Of a stretch of 64,000 nucleotides of DNA, positions 41,697-50,356 are shown piece by piece. The stretch's first letter is position 1. Every line of letters starts with the position of its first letter. Origin of the DNA: Candidatus Pampinifervens sinense (GTDB lineage: Bacteria > Aquificota > Aquificia > Aquificales > Aquificaceae); assembly GCA_037927135.1 (NCBI GenBank), contig JAXSPP010000001.1:32001-96000 (forward strand), given 5' to 3'. The translations under genes and the position numbers were made by a program. The notes under the pieces are model-generated. The model was not told the origin of the DNA and did no database searches. It saw only the letters and a program-made list of their open reading frames with translations.

Positions 41697-43418
41697 TCAT
41701 TTTGCAAGGACCCTTTCTACCTCAGCCAAAGAAGTGATCCCCTTTCTAACCTTCAATATACCAGCTTCATATAGCGTTCTCATGCCCTTTTTACGGGCAA
41801 GGTCTCTTATATCCTCGGCAGTAGCACCCTTCACTATAAGCTTCCTTATCTCCTCATCTACCTCCAATATTTCATGCACCGCAGTCCTACCTTTGTAACC
41901 CGATCCGTTGCAAAACTCACAACCTTTAGGGTTTGCCCTGTATATGACTATGTCCTCATCTGGGCTGTTAAGAACGCCCAACCTATATAGAACTTCTCTT
42001 GGAGTATCATCTACAAGCTTACACCTTGGACAAAGCTTTCTTATCAACCTTTGGGCAACTATAAGGATTACGGAAGATCCTACAAGGAAAGGTTCTATTC
42101 CCATGTCTACAAGCCTTGTAATGCTAGATGGTGCATCGTTGGTGTGCAAGGTGGAAAAGACAAGATGTCCCGTAAGAGCTGCCCTTATGCCTATCTCTGC
42201 AGTCTCCGTATCCCTTATTTCACCTATAAGGATTATGTCTGGGTCTTGTCTAAGAAAGGCCCGCAAGACTGTGGCAAAGTCCAAGCCTATTTTTTCATTT
42301 ATCTGCACTTGGTTTAAACCTGGTATGGCAACCTCTACAGGATCTTCAACGGTCATTATGTTTACATCTGGACTGTTCCTCTCCATAAGGGCTGCATATA
42401 GGGTGGTGGTTTTTCCAGAGCCCGTTGGCCCTGTAACCAGTATCATACCCCATGGTGTCCATATGGCCCTTCTGAACTTTTCAAGGTCATCGGGTTCAAA
42501 GCCCAGATCTTCAAGCCTCACATTCAAGTACTTTTCTGCCTCCTGTATTCTCATAACTATCTTCTCCCCGTATACAGTTGGCACTGTAGAAACTCTCAGG
42601 TCTACCTTCTTCCCCTTATACCTCGTTCTTATCCTTCCATCTTGAGGGCGCCTTTTTTCTGAAATGTCAAGGTTGGCCATTATCTTATATCGTACGGTAA
42701 GAGAATCTTTTATCCTTATAGGAAATTCGTGGTATATCTTTAGAATACCATCCACTCTGTACCTTACTATCAACTTCTTCTCTTGAGGTTCTATATGAAT
42801 GTCTGAAGCACCAAGGTTTACAGCCTCAGCTATAAGGTAGTTTGCTAACTTTACAATTGGGCCCTCTCCAGATTCTGTGGCCAATACCTCAAGGGGTATT
42901 TCGGGTTGGGAAGCTTCTATTTCTAGCTCTTCACCAAGCTCCATGCCTTCCACAATCTTATCTATTGGAGGGTAAAGCTTGTCAAGAATGGTATCTATAA
43001 TCTTCTTTGTGCTCACGCGAGGAATTATGGCATCTATCTTTGTTCTAAATTTGAGCTCGTTTATAGCACTCTGATTAAAAGGATTTATCATAGCTACGTA
43101 TAATTTTTTAACCTTTCCATCCGTATCGCTCTCATATTTTATCGGAGCTATGCTATACTTTCTTAAAAGATTCTCTGGCAATTTATCCTTTACTTCATCG
43201 GGTATATTTATATCCTCTGGACCACCTAGCCATAACCATTCCTTTCTTAAGTATTTTTGGTAAAAATCCAAAAGCTTTGTATCATCCAAAAAACCCAGTC
43301 TGTATAGAGCGCTTATTATATCCTCGTCTTTTTCCTTTTCCCTATAAGCCTTTACCGCATCCTCCCTCTTTACATAGCCCAACTTTACAAGGTTTTCTAA
43401 AAGCCCCCTTTCATCCAT
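41697..43418 (-). CDS. pilB: Type IV pilus / T2SS assembly ATPase (PilB/GspE)
   Basis: ASDIHIEP, GPTGSGKTTT, LRQDPD, GEIRD, TGHLV.STLH, tetracysteine motif. Confidence 0.92.
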   Translation of the reverse strand: MDERGLLENLVKLGYVKREDAVKAYREKEKDEDIISALYRLGFLDDTKLLDFYQKYLRKEWLWLGGPEDINIPDEVKDKLPENLLRKYSIAPIKYESDTDGKVKKLYVAMINPFNQSAINELKFRTKIDAIIPRVSTKKIIDTILDKLYPPIDKIVEGMELGEELEIEASQPEIPLEVLATESGEGPIVKLANYLIAEAVNLGASDIHIEPQEKKLIVRYRVDGILKIYHEFPIRIKDSLTVRYKIMANLDISEKRRPQDGRIRTRYKGKKVDLRVSTVPTVYGEKIVMRIQEAEKYLNVRLEDLGFEPDDLEKFRRAIWTPWGMILVTGPTGSGKTTTLYAALMERNSPDVNIMTVEDPVEVAIPGLNQVQINEKIGLDFATVLRAFLRQDPDIILIGEIRDTETAEIGIRAALTGHLVFSTLHTNDAPSSITRLVDMGIEPFLVGSSVILIVAQRLIRKLCPRCKLVDDTPREVLYRLGVLNSPDEDIVIYRANPKGCEFCNGSGYKGRTAVHEILEVDEEIRKLIVKGATAEDIRDLARKKGMRTLYEAGILKVRKGITSLAEVERVLAK

Positions 43419-44211
43419 AGCTTTCCTCTTCAGAAGGGAATATACCCTTTTCCACCTCCTCTTTAAAAGCCATAAGAGCCCTTCTGAAGAGCTCAGCCCC
43501 TTCCAAATACCTTTTTACAAACTTAGGTTTTATGTCTTCCACCAGACCCACAAGGTCATAAAAAACGAGCACCTGTCCATCACAGTAAGGACCAGCTCCT
43601 ATACCTATAGTAATAGCCTTTGAACTCTCCGTTATCTCCCTTGCCAGGGTTGTTGGCATACTTTCCAAAACCACCATAAAAGCTCCCGCTTCTTCCAAAG
43701 CTTTAAAATCCCTTTTCACCCTTTGGGCTTCCTCTTCTGCTTTCCCCACCACCCTGTAGCCCCCTAGGGCATGTACGCTTTGCGGTGTAAAGCCTATATG
43801 ACCTACAACGGGTATGCCTATGTTTACAAGCCTGTATACGAGCTCTGCCACCTCCTCACCCCCTTCTATCTTTACCGCGTTAGCACCCGTTTCTTTCATA
43901 ACTCTTCCACAGTTCCTTATGGCCTCCTCAAGGCTAACCTGATAGCTCATAAAGGGCATGTCTACTATCACAAAGCTTTCCCTTGCTCCCCTCCTTACAG
44001 CCTTTGCATGGTATATCATATCCTCAAGGGTTACTGGCAGAGTAGAATCAAGGCCTTGGAAGACCATACCTAAGGAATCACCTACCAGTATGCAGTCTAT
44101 ACCCACCTGTTCGCACAGCTTTGCAGAAAGATAGTCATAGGTAGATATCATGGTGATCTTTCTCCCCTCCCTCTTCTTCTTAAAAAGTGTTCTTATCGTT
44201 ATACCTTCCAT
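43411..44211 (-). CDS. panB: 3-methyl-2-oxobutanoate hydroxymethyltransferase
   Basis: LVGDSLGM, VKIEGG, GHIGFTPQ, DGQVLV. Confidence 0.97.
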   Translation of the reverse strand: MEGITIRTLFKKKREGRKITMISTYDYLSAKLCEQVGIDCILVGDSLGMVFQGLDSTLPVTLEDMIYHAKAVRRGARESFVIVDMPFMSYQVSLEEAIRNCGRVMKETGANAVKIEGGEEVAELVYRLVNIGIPVVGHIGFTPQSVHALGGYRVVGKAEEEAQRVKRDFKALEEAGAFMVVLESMPTTLAREITESSKAITIGIGAGPYCDGQVLVFYDLVGLVEDIKPKFVKRYLEGAELFRRALMAFKEEVEKGIFPSEEESYG

Positions 44212-44213
44212 AG

Positions 44214-44528
44214 TTATCCTTCCTTCTTTTCTACCGGTACTTCCTCAAACTCCTTTAAAAGCTCAAGGACCTTTCCTATGGTCTCTTGCATAGCCTTTAT
44301 GTCCGATAGGTCCCTCATCTCTTTAACCAGCTTAAGAAGGTGTTCTAAAAGCTCCTCTTTGTGCGGGCCGTTCCCTACCCTAATCTGATAGGCGGAAGCA
44401 GTAATGGGGTGTATTATGGCGTTGACTATAATCCTAGCATTGAGGCGATCTTGAACTTGCATAAGCTCCTCTAACTCCTTCTGAACCTTTTTAAGCAGGT
44501 TTATACCGATTTCAAACTCTTTAGTCAT
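44214..44528 (-). CDS. Hypothetical protein
   Basis: 104-aa ORF with a GGAGGAG SD, in operon with panB. Confidence 0.75.
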   Translation of the reverse strand: MTKEFEIGINLLKKVQKELEELMQVQDRLNARIIVNAIIHPITASAYQIRVGNGPHKEELLEHLLKLVKEMRDLSDIKAMQETIGKVLELLKEFEEVPVEKKEG

Positions 44529-44565
44529 AAGACTCCTCCAACTAGAATTTATGGATTTAAAAATT

Positions 44566-44976
44566 TTACCATCTTTTTAGATAGTCCTCCAATATCCTGC
44601 CATGGTCAAAACACATGCTCTCCAAGGGAAGGTCTTCCAGCCTGAATATCCTTACCTTCTTTGCATCGTCTCCAGCCTTTGGAACTCCTTCTGCATCGCA
44701 CACAAAGACCACAGAAACCACATGAAAACGCGGATCCCTTTTAGGGTCCGAATAGACTCCAAAGAGCCTGTTTATTTTAGCATCCAGTCCAGTCTCTTCC
44801 TTTACTTCCCTTAGCACTGCAGATTCTACACTCTCTCCAATCTCTACAAAACCACCGGGCAAGGCAAGGCCGTAAGGCGGGTATAGCCTCTCTATCAGGA
44901 CCAAGCCCTTAAAGTTTTTCCCTTCCCAAAGTCTTAGGATAGCGTCTACAGCCAAGTAAGGTGTTTTTATCTCCAT
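44566..44976 (-). CDS. NUDIX hydrolase (ADP-ribose pyrophosphatase-like)
   Basis: Nudix box GGFVEIGESVESAVLREVKEETG; RDPR. Confidence 0.93.
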   Translation of the reverse strand: MEIKTPYLAVDAILRLWEGKNFKGLVLIERLYPPYGLALPGGFVEIGESVESAVLREVKEETGLDAKINRLFGVYSDPKRDPRFHVVSVVFVCDAEGVPKAGDDAKKVRIFRLEDLPLESMCFDHGRILEDYLKRW

Positions 44977-44985
44977 AGCAATATT

Positions 44986-45462
44986 TTAAAAACTGTTGGC
45001 CTCATCCTTTAATTTTCTGAGGACTTCAAGCATCTCTTTAAACTTCTCATCGAACATCCTTCTTATCTTCTTTGCCTGCCCTAGGGTAACTGTGTAGGGC
45101 AGTATTTTCCTTAAGATTGGGTTCTTAAGGGGTGTAAAGCCATAGCTTATTAGCACATCAAGGGCCTTTGGAAACCTTCTTAAAAGCTCTCCAACGTTGG
45201 TATTCTCATCTATTTCAAACTCCTCTTCATGAGCCTCTTCCTTCATCACTACCTTACTGCTACGCCATATCCTAAGAAGATACCCTTCTTCCGTTTCCTT
45301 GAGCTCATAATCATAGCCCAGCTCCTTTAGCCTTGGAAGTAGGTAAGTGAAGGGCCTTGAACCCAAAACCTCTAAAACCTCCCCTTCTTTCAAGTTTTCA
45401 AGGGCTTGAGCTACCTTAACCATAGGTTGAGGTGGCTCTAGGTCCCTAACATCCAATCTCAT
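44986..45462 (-). CDS. DUF2249 (TusA-like) + DUF1858 domain protein
   Basis: LDVRDLEPPQPM; VGELL..FP...VL..YGF..L.NP. Confidence 0.7.
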   Translation of the reverse strand: MRLDVRDLEPPQPMVKVAQALENLKEGEVLEVLGSRPFTYLLPRLKELGYDYELKETEEGYLLRIWRSSKVVMKEEAHEEEFEIDENTNVGELLRRFPKALDVLISYGFTPLKNPILRKILPYTVTLGQAKKIRRMFDEKFKEMLEVLRKLKDEANSF

Positions 45463-45469
45463 GCTCTAA

Positions 45470-45673
45470 CTATCCACCAGATATGGCGTTTATCACCCTC
45501 ACCTCTTCCCCGTCCTCTATAAAGTCTCTCTCCTCCAATATCTCCTCACCCTTTACTACAAAGGCGTATTCCCTTGAGAGGCCAAGGGCCCTCAATAGAT
45601 CCAATGCTGTTATCCTATCCTTTTCAAACTCCAGCTCCCTTATCTGTCCTCTGTAGTGCACCTTTACCTTCAT
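45470..45673 (-). CDS. ThiS/MoaD-family ubiquitin-like sulfur carrier (TtuB-like)
   Basis: 67 aa ending in NAISGG. Confidence 0.85.
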   Translation of the reverse strand: MKVKVHYRGQIRELEFEKDRITALDLLRALGLSREYAFVVKGEEILEERDFIEDGEEVRVINAISGG

Positions 45674-46551
45674 GCTTTCAAAGCTCCTTTTATGCCTTCA
45701 TAAACCATAAGTGTGGCCTTTGACTTATTTAAAGTATAAAAGTGAAGGCCCGGAACATCATTCTCCAAGAGGTCCAGGCACTGTTCTATAGCAAACTCCA
45801 CACCTATCTTTAGCGTCTCTTCCGGGTTGTCTGCGTAAGGCTCTAGTCTTTCTATAAGCCTTTGGGGTATGGTGGCACCGCACATACTGGCAAACTTTTG
45901 CACCTGCCTGAAGTTGGTTATGGGCATTATGCCCGGTATAATGGGTATGTCTATTCCAGCCTTTTGGCAGAGCTCTATAAACTCATAGTAGTAGTGGTTT
46001 TCAAAGAACATCTGTGTTATGGAGAAGTCTGCACCTGCCTCTACCTTTCTTTTGAAGTACTTTATCTCCCACTCCATGTTGGGAGATTCAGGATGGCCTT
46101 CTGGGTAAGAGGCCACACCTATGGAAAACCACTCTCCGTAGTTTTCCCTTATTAGCCTTACGAGCTGGTCTGCATGTTTGCAAGCATCTTCCGGTGGCCT
46201 AAAGTCTGGCATATTGGCGGGTATGTCCCCCCTTAAGGCCAAAAGGTTTTCTATGCCTATACTTTTGTATTCTCCTATTATCTGTAAGAGCTCCTCTCTG
46301 CTGTGAGCGATGCAAGTAAGGTGGGCCATAACTGTAAGGTCTGTCTCCTTGTGTATCCTTTCTACAACCCTCCTTGTCCTGTCCCTTGTGCTTCCACCCG
46401 CCCCGTAGGTAACGGAAACAAAGGATGGGTTTATGCTCCTCAGGCTTTTTATAGTTTGAAAGAGCTCCTCTTCTCCCTCTGGAGTCTTTGGTGGGAAGAA
46501 CTCAAAGGATATGCTAAAGTTGCCCTCCTTTAGATACTGCCCTATCTTCAA
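45670..46551 (-). CDS. metF: 5,10-methylenetetrahydrofolate reductase
   Basis: [31 protein letters not shown]. Probable TTG start at 46551 after GGAGG. Confidence 0.96.
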   Translation of the reverse strand: MKIGQYLKEGNFSISFEFFPPKTPEGEEELFQTIKSLRSINPSFVSVTYGAGGSTRDRTRRVVERIHKETDLTVMAHLTCIAHSREELLQIIGEYKSIGIENLLALRGDIPANMPDFRPPEDACKHADQLVRLIRENYGEWFSIGVASYPEGHPESPNMEWEIKYFKRKVEAGADFSITQMFFENHYYYEFIELCQKAGIDIPIIPGIMPITNFRQVQKFASMCGATIPQRLIERLEPYADNPEETLKIGVEFAIEQCLDLLENDVPGLHFYTLNKSKATLMVYEGIKGALKA

Positions 46552-46861
46552 GCAAGGCCTCCGCAAAGTTTATAAGCTTTATTTTACACGGAGTGGGGGA
46601 CTTTATGAACATGCTTAAAAGGCTTATAAGCTTTTCTACGCTTTCCGGCTGTTCCTTAACAAAACTTTCTAGAAACTCCAAACTGTCTTCTATTTCAAAG
46701 CTAAGGTCCTTTGTGGCCTTGACCTCCTCCAAGCTTTTTCCTTCTTTGAAGGCCCTTAGGGCCTTTATGGTCCTGCTTATAAGATCATCCCTGCTCTTTG
46801 CCCACCTTAGGTCCGTATGCTTTAAAGTTATCTCAAAGAAGGCCCTAAGGACCTGTTCCAT
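46514..46861 (-). CDS. Hypothetical protein
   Basis: 115-aa ORF between the GYD gene and metF; native codon usage. Confidence 0.7.
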   Translation of the reverse strand: MEQVLRAFFEITLKHTDLRWAKSRDDLISRTIKALRAFKEGKSLEEVKATKDLSFEIEDSLEFLESFVKEQPESVEKLISLLSMFIKSPTPCKIKLINFAEALLEDRAVSKGGQL

Positions 46862-46865
46862 AAGC

Positions 46866-47162
46866 TCAGCTAAGTTCCTTCAGATCCTTTATAAGCTGGT
46901 CCACCTCTATAGCAGGCATGGTGAGAGTTCTTATGGTTCCCCTTGAACCGAGCTCTATGGCCATCTTTACCACAGTGTCGTTGTCTGGTGCCTCTATTAT
47001 GTTCACAAAGTCATAGGGTCCCATAACGGCATACTGGGCCAAAATCTTTACACCAAACCTCTCCATTACCTCTTTGTCCACCTCCTTTATCCTCTCTGGT
47101 CTGTGCTTTAGTGTTTTCATTCCCTCATCGGTTAAGGTAGTGAGCATCACATAGATGGGCAT
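46866..47162 (-). CDS. GYD-domain protein
   Basis: MP.Y..L..LT..G, MGPYD, G.IRT.T pattern; strong SD. Confidence 0.85.
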   Translation of the reverse strand: MPIYVMLTTLTDEGMKTLKHRPERIKEVDKEVMERFGVKILAQYAVMGPYDFVNIIEAPDNDTVVKMAIELGSRGTIRTLTMPAIEVDQLIKDLKELS

Positions 47163-47188
47163 GGCACCACCTCCTAAGTTTTTTTATT

Positions 47189-47217
47189 ATCATAAGTCTT
47201 TGAGCTTGATTTGTCAA
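47189..47217 (-). promoter_or_regulatory. Sigma70-type promoter of the GYD-metF operon
   Basis: Minus strand TTGACA-N17-TATGAT. Confidence 0.65.
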
Positions 47218-47228
47218 AGGGTTGTGAG

Positions 47229-47425
47229 GGTGTGTCAAAAATAGCCCGTGCCTTCAACAGATTGGTCCCATTTCCTGAGATGGGGACTGGTACCCTCCTT
47301 GGGTATCCCCACAAGCCCTGAAAGAGAATATCATTTCAAAGTCTTTTATAGGCATATCTCATAGCCGAGGAACATCTTCTCATGAGGTTTAAAACTTTTT
47401 AGGTAAGGTGGATTTTTGAAACACC
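47229..47425 (-). mobile_element. Miniature TIR-bounded element with TnpB-like coding fragments
   Basis: 14-bp inverted repeats with 1 mismatch (GGTGTGTCAAAAAT 47229-47242; ATTTTTGAAACACC 47412-47425). Minus-strand peptide KVLNLMRRCSSAMRYAYKRL* at 47398-47336. Confidence 0.55.
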
Positions 47426-47466
47426 TTTACTTACCTATTTTGTCTTATTCTTATAATGAGAAACAT

Positions 47467-47974
47467 ACGCCGGGTGAGAAATTAGGCCTCAATTTCACCC
47501 ATCCTGTAATAGTTATATCCAATAGCATAAGCATATACATACGCAAGCACACAAGTTAAAGTCCTCCACCCACTACCAGCATTAAAAAGCTTTATCTGAC
47601 TTATAACACCTTAAACAATCACACCTTCACAACCCCTATAACCCCTATCTCCATACATCCCACAGTTTATTTCCCTCTCTGAATGCCCTAACCTCATGCA
47701 CACTTCCAAAGCTCATTCACACATCATAAACTTTCCCATCCCTATCACATAACACCATCATCAACATGCCATATTTGACCTCCTCAAACTCCACCATCTT
47801 CCCATTGTCTCTCCGAACTATCTTCTTTGCCCACCATACTTTATCCTTTACCCTCCTTATCTTCTGTGTCCTCGTAAAAACCTCTAATGGTTTTTAGTGC
47901 TACTATTATAGTAGCCCTGCTGTCTTTTTATTGATATGGAAGGTTTGGCTTAAAGGGAATTTCTCACCCGGCGT
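47467..47974 (-). mobile_element. Internally deleted IS element, IS982-like
   Basis: Perfect 17-bp terminal inverted repeats ACGCCGGGTGAGAAATT (47467-47483, 47958-47974) enclosing transposase fragments. Confidence 0.75.
47482..47875 (-). pseudogene. DDE transposase remnant
   Basis: Minus-strand fragments KYGMLMMVLCDRDG, YGDRGY (47655-47638) and GVISQIK, broken by stops and a frameshift. Final TAA overlaps the inverted repeat. Confidence 0.7.
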
Positions 47975-48056
47975 GTATATAATAGCAATTATATTAACAT
48001 TATGGATAAAAAGATGGGGGCATATTAGAGCCTCTTGTGTTAGAGTGATTGATTTC

Positions 48057-48263
48057 TTATTCCTCTACTTCCTTCAAAACTTCTTCAAGATAAGCCTTTA
48101 AGCTTTTTAAACCCTCAGGATCAAATTTCCCATCCACTACCACGATTATTTCATAATCCACAATGACCACTCCCACGTTTGAAACACTAAAGTTTTTCTT
48201 TATGTAATCCATATGCTCTAATAGAAGAGTTTTAGCTTTTGAAAGCTTTTCCTCCTTAGTCAT
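48057..48263 (-). CDS. Small hypothetical protein, possibly a degenerate minimal nucleotidyltransferase
   Basis: 68-aa ORF coupled to spoVG; IKKNFSV..VGV...IIVVVD...LKAYLEEVL pattern without the GS motif. Confidence 0.55.
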   Translation of the reverse strand: MTKEEKLSKAKTLLLEHMDYIKKNFSVSNVGVVIVDYEIIVVVDGKFDPEGLKSLKAYLEEVLKEVEE

Positions 48264-48523
48264 GAAAGACTCTCTTTATAACGGTCCACCACCACCCTCC
48301 TTATCTTTTCCAAAAGCTCCCTATCCTCTATCTCCACTATAGCCCTTCTACTCTCTGGGCTAAACTCAGGCATAACTATAAAAAGCCCTCCGTTTTTGGC
48401 TTCATATAGCCTTATACCCCTTATAAGTATTTTGCCATCAAGCCTTACATCCGCATAGGCCAATATCCTCGGCCTCTTTGAAGATACTTCAAAGGGATAA
48501 AAATTAACCAGTTCTACCTTCAC
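48260..48523 (-). CDS. spoVG: SpoVG-family protein
   Basis: LAYADV.LD..ILIRGIRL....GLFIVMP. Confidence 0.8.
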   Translation of the reverse strand: MKVELVNFYPFEVSSKRPRILAYADVRLDGKILIRGIRLYEAKNGGLFIVMPEFSPESRRAIVEIEDRELLEKIRRVVVDRYKESLS

Positions 48524-49026
48524 CTTTGTTTTTGAAGTTTGGCATACCTTTCAAGGGCCAAACGCCTTCTTAAGCCATTTACCCTGTCTATAAAGGTTAT
48601 ACCTTCTAAGTGGTCCATCTCATGCTGGAAAACTATGGCTGGGAAGCCTTCCAGATGGTATATATGCTCTTCTCCATTCTCGTTAAGGGCTTTTACCTTC
48701 ACACTCTTATACCTCTCCACCTCTACTGTAAGGCCCGGAAAGGAAAGACAACCTTCTTTATACTTTGTAGTACCTTGGGCTTCTATAACTTCTGGATTTA
48801 TCAAAACCAGCTTTAAAGGTGGGCTTTCTTTTTTTGGAGTGGTATCTATTACCATAACCCTAAGGCTAACACCTATCTGGTTTGCAGCAAGCCCAACGCC
48901 TTCCGCGTGGTACATAGTTTCAAACATATCCCTAATAAGGTCTTTTATCTCCTTATCTATAACGTCCACCTTCTGCGTGGGCGTCTTTAGTATGGGGTGT
49001 GGAAATCTCACTATGTCCCTTACCAT
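48520..49026 (-). CDS. def: Peptide deformylase
   Basis: GVGLAANQIG, EGCLS, QHEMDH. Confidence 0.98.
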   Translation of the reverse strand: MVRDIVRFPHPILKTPTQKVDVIDKEIKDLIRDMFETMYHAEGVGLAANQIGVSLRVMVIDTTPKKESPPLKLVLINPEVIEAQGTTKYKEGCLSFPGLTVEVERYKSVKVKALNENGEEHIYHLEGFPAIVFQHEMDHLEGITFIDRVNGLRRRLALERYAKLQKQR

Positions 49027-49074
49027 AGGAATAAAAGTTTATACCTTTACTTTTACCTTTCAAGTGCTTTAATG

Positions 49075-49100
49075 GTTGCAACAGTGTTGCAACATGCAAC
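49075..49100. promoter_or_regulatory. Palindromic upstream activator sequence (candidate enhancer-binding-protein site)
   Basis: Perfect palindrome GTTGCAACA-G-TGTTGCAAC (49075-49093), overlapping GTTGCA-ACA-TGCAAC (49086-49100). Confidence 0.65.
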
Positions 49101-49166
49101 TCAATAGACTAAACCTTCACTTAAGAAAAAGCTTGAATTTAAGCCAATTTAGAAAAAAGAAAAGAA

Positions 49167-49182
49167 TGGCATGCTTATTGCA
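49167..49182 (+). promoter_or_regulatory. Sigma54 (-24/-12) promoter
   Basis: TGGCAT-GCTTA-TTGCA matches the TGGCAC-N5-TTGCW consensus. Confidence 0.85.
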
Positions 49183-49219
49183 TATATAGAAATTGAAAAC
49201 CTTTAAAGGAGGTGTAGCG

Positions 49220-49561
49220 ATGGCCACACTTAGCAAGCTAAAAGAGCTTATGTCTATACCAGGAGCAATAGCGGCAGGAGAGTTTTCCGACGATGGCAGG
49301 CTTCTCGCCTACTATGGCAACATTGACGAGAAGTCTGCAGAGATAGCCGCCATGATGTGCGCGGCCAACAAGCTTATGGGTAATATGCAGGCAAAGGGCT
49401 GGAGCGCATATACGGGACAGGGTGGCTTTTATCCTGTTTGTGGCTTTGCTGTAGCCGGTGGCAAGTATGCTGCCTGCATAATGGGCAATGTGGGAGTTTT
49501 TGTAGAGCTTGATAAAGCAGACTTTGACAAGACCTTTGAAATCCTTTCCAAATACATCTAA
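49220..49561 (+). CDS. DUF2173-family protein, copy 1
   Basis: LM...G..AAGEF..DG.L..Y.G, MCAAN, GNVGVFV. ATG 49220 follows AAGGAGGT. Confidence 0.8.
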   Translation: MATLSKLKELMSIPGAIAAGEFSDDGRLLAYYGNIDEKSAEIAAMMCAANKLMGNMQAKGWSAYTGQGGFYPVCGFAVAGGKYAACIMGNVGVFVELDKADFDKTFEILSKYI

Positions 49562-49576
49562 AAGGAGGTAAAAGCC

Positions 49577-49912
49577 ATGGCAAACCTTGACAGGCTTATG
49601 CAAATTAAAGGTGTTTGGGCGGCAGGTGAGTTTACCAACGACGGAAAGCTTGTAGCTTATAAGGGCAACATATCCGAAGAGCAGGCTGCAATGGCCGCTG
49701 AGATGTGCGCAGCCAACAACGCTATGGCAAAGATGCAGTGCGACGGATATACAGCCTTTTCTGGCCAGGAGTGGACACCACTGCATGGGTGGGCCCTTAC
49801 CGGTCCCAAGTACTCTGTGTGTGTAATGGGTAATGTGGGTGTGTTTGTAAATAACGACGAAGTGTCTTTCAACGAAGTATTTAAGGCGTTGAGGGAAGAG
49901 GCAGGGAGGTAG
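49577..49912 (+). CDS. DUF2173-family protein, copy 2
   Basis: Co-linear paralogue of the preceding gene; AAGGAGGT SD. Confidence 0.8.
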   Translation: MANLDRLMQIKGVWAAGEFTNDGKLVAYKGNISEEQAAMAAEMCAANNAMAKMQCDGYTAFSGQEWTPLHGWALTGPKYSVCVMGNVGVFVNNDEVSFNEVFKALREEAGR

Positions 49913-49919
49913 GCCGTAG

Positions 49920-49949
49920 GGGGAAGGCTCCGAGCCTTCCCCTTTTTTT
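49920..49949 (+). terminator. Rho-independent terminator
   Basis: GGGGAAGGC-TCCGA-GCCTTCCCC followed by T7. Confidence 0.9.
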
Positions 49950-49970
49950 ATTACTTTTTGGGAGGCAAGA

Positions 49971-50351
49971 ATGTATAAATTTCTTTCTGAAGATTGGATA
50001 AGAGCTTACGCGGAAGAATGGAACAAAAACGAAAAATTAAAATCGGACCTTAGGGATTTTTCCGCAAGTATAAAATACTATGTGGAGGGGAAGGAAGGAG
50101 AAGCTGTAGAACTCATTGTAGAAAAGGGCATAGCAAAATCTGCAGGGAAGGCCAACTCTCAAAGCTATGATTTTGAACTTTGGGCAAGCCCAGAAAACTG
50201 GAAAAAACTCGCCACCGGAGAGATGGGGCCACGTGCTGCCATGTTAACAAAAAGGCTGAAGTTTAAAGGTTCTATGATAACAGCTATGAAATATATGTCT
50301 GCTTTTGAAGAAAGCCTTAGGATGATGTCTAAGGTGCCAACATTGTGGTAG
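49971..50351 (+). CDS. SCP2 (sterol carrier / lipid-binding) domain protein
   Basis: FLSEDW, W..L..G...P..A.L.KRLKFKGSM. Confidence 0.85.
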   Translation: MYKFLSEDWIRAYAEEWNKNEKLKSDLRDFSASIKYYVEGKEGEAVELIVEKGIAKSAGKANSQSYDFELWASPENWKKLATGEMGPRAAMLTKRLKFKGSMITAMKYMSAFEESLRMMSKVPTLW

Positions 50352-50356
50352 TTTAA

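Noticed and set aside
47400-47437. TAGGTAAG...CTTACCTA hairpin as a terminator or IS200/IS605 end
   Set aside because: It straddles the inverted repeat of the mini-element and cannot be interpreted without a full-length copy.
47716-47722. In-frame TGA in the transposase remnant as selenocysteine or readthrough
   Set aside because: The element has other stops, a frameshift and deletions, so simple decay explains it.
47163-48056. CRISPR array or riboswitch in the 0.9-kb ORF-free gap
   Set aside because: No regularly spaced direct repeats or recognisable riboswitch core; explained by a promoter and two mobile-element remnants.
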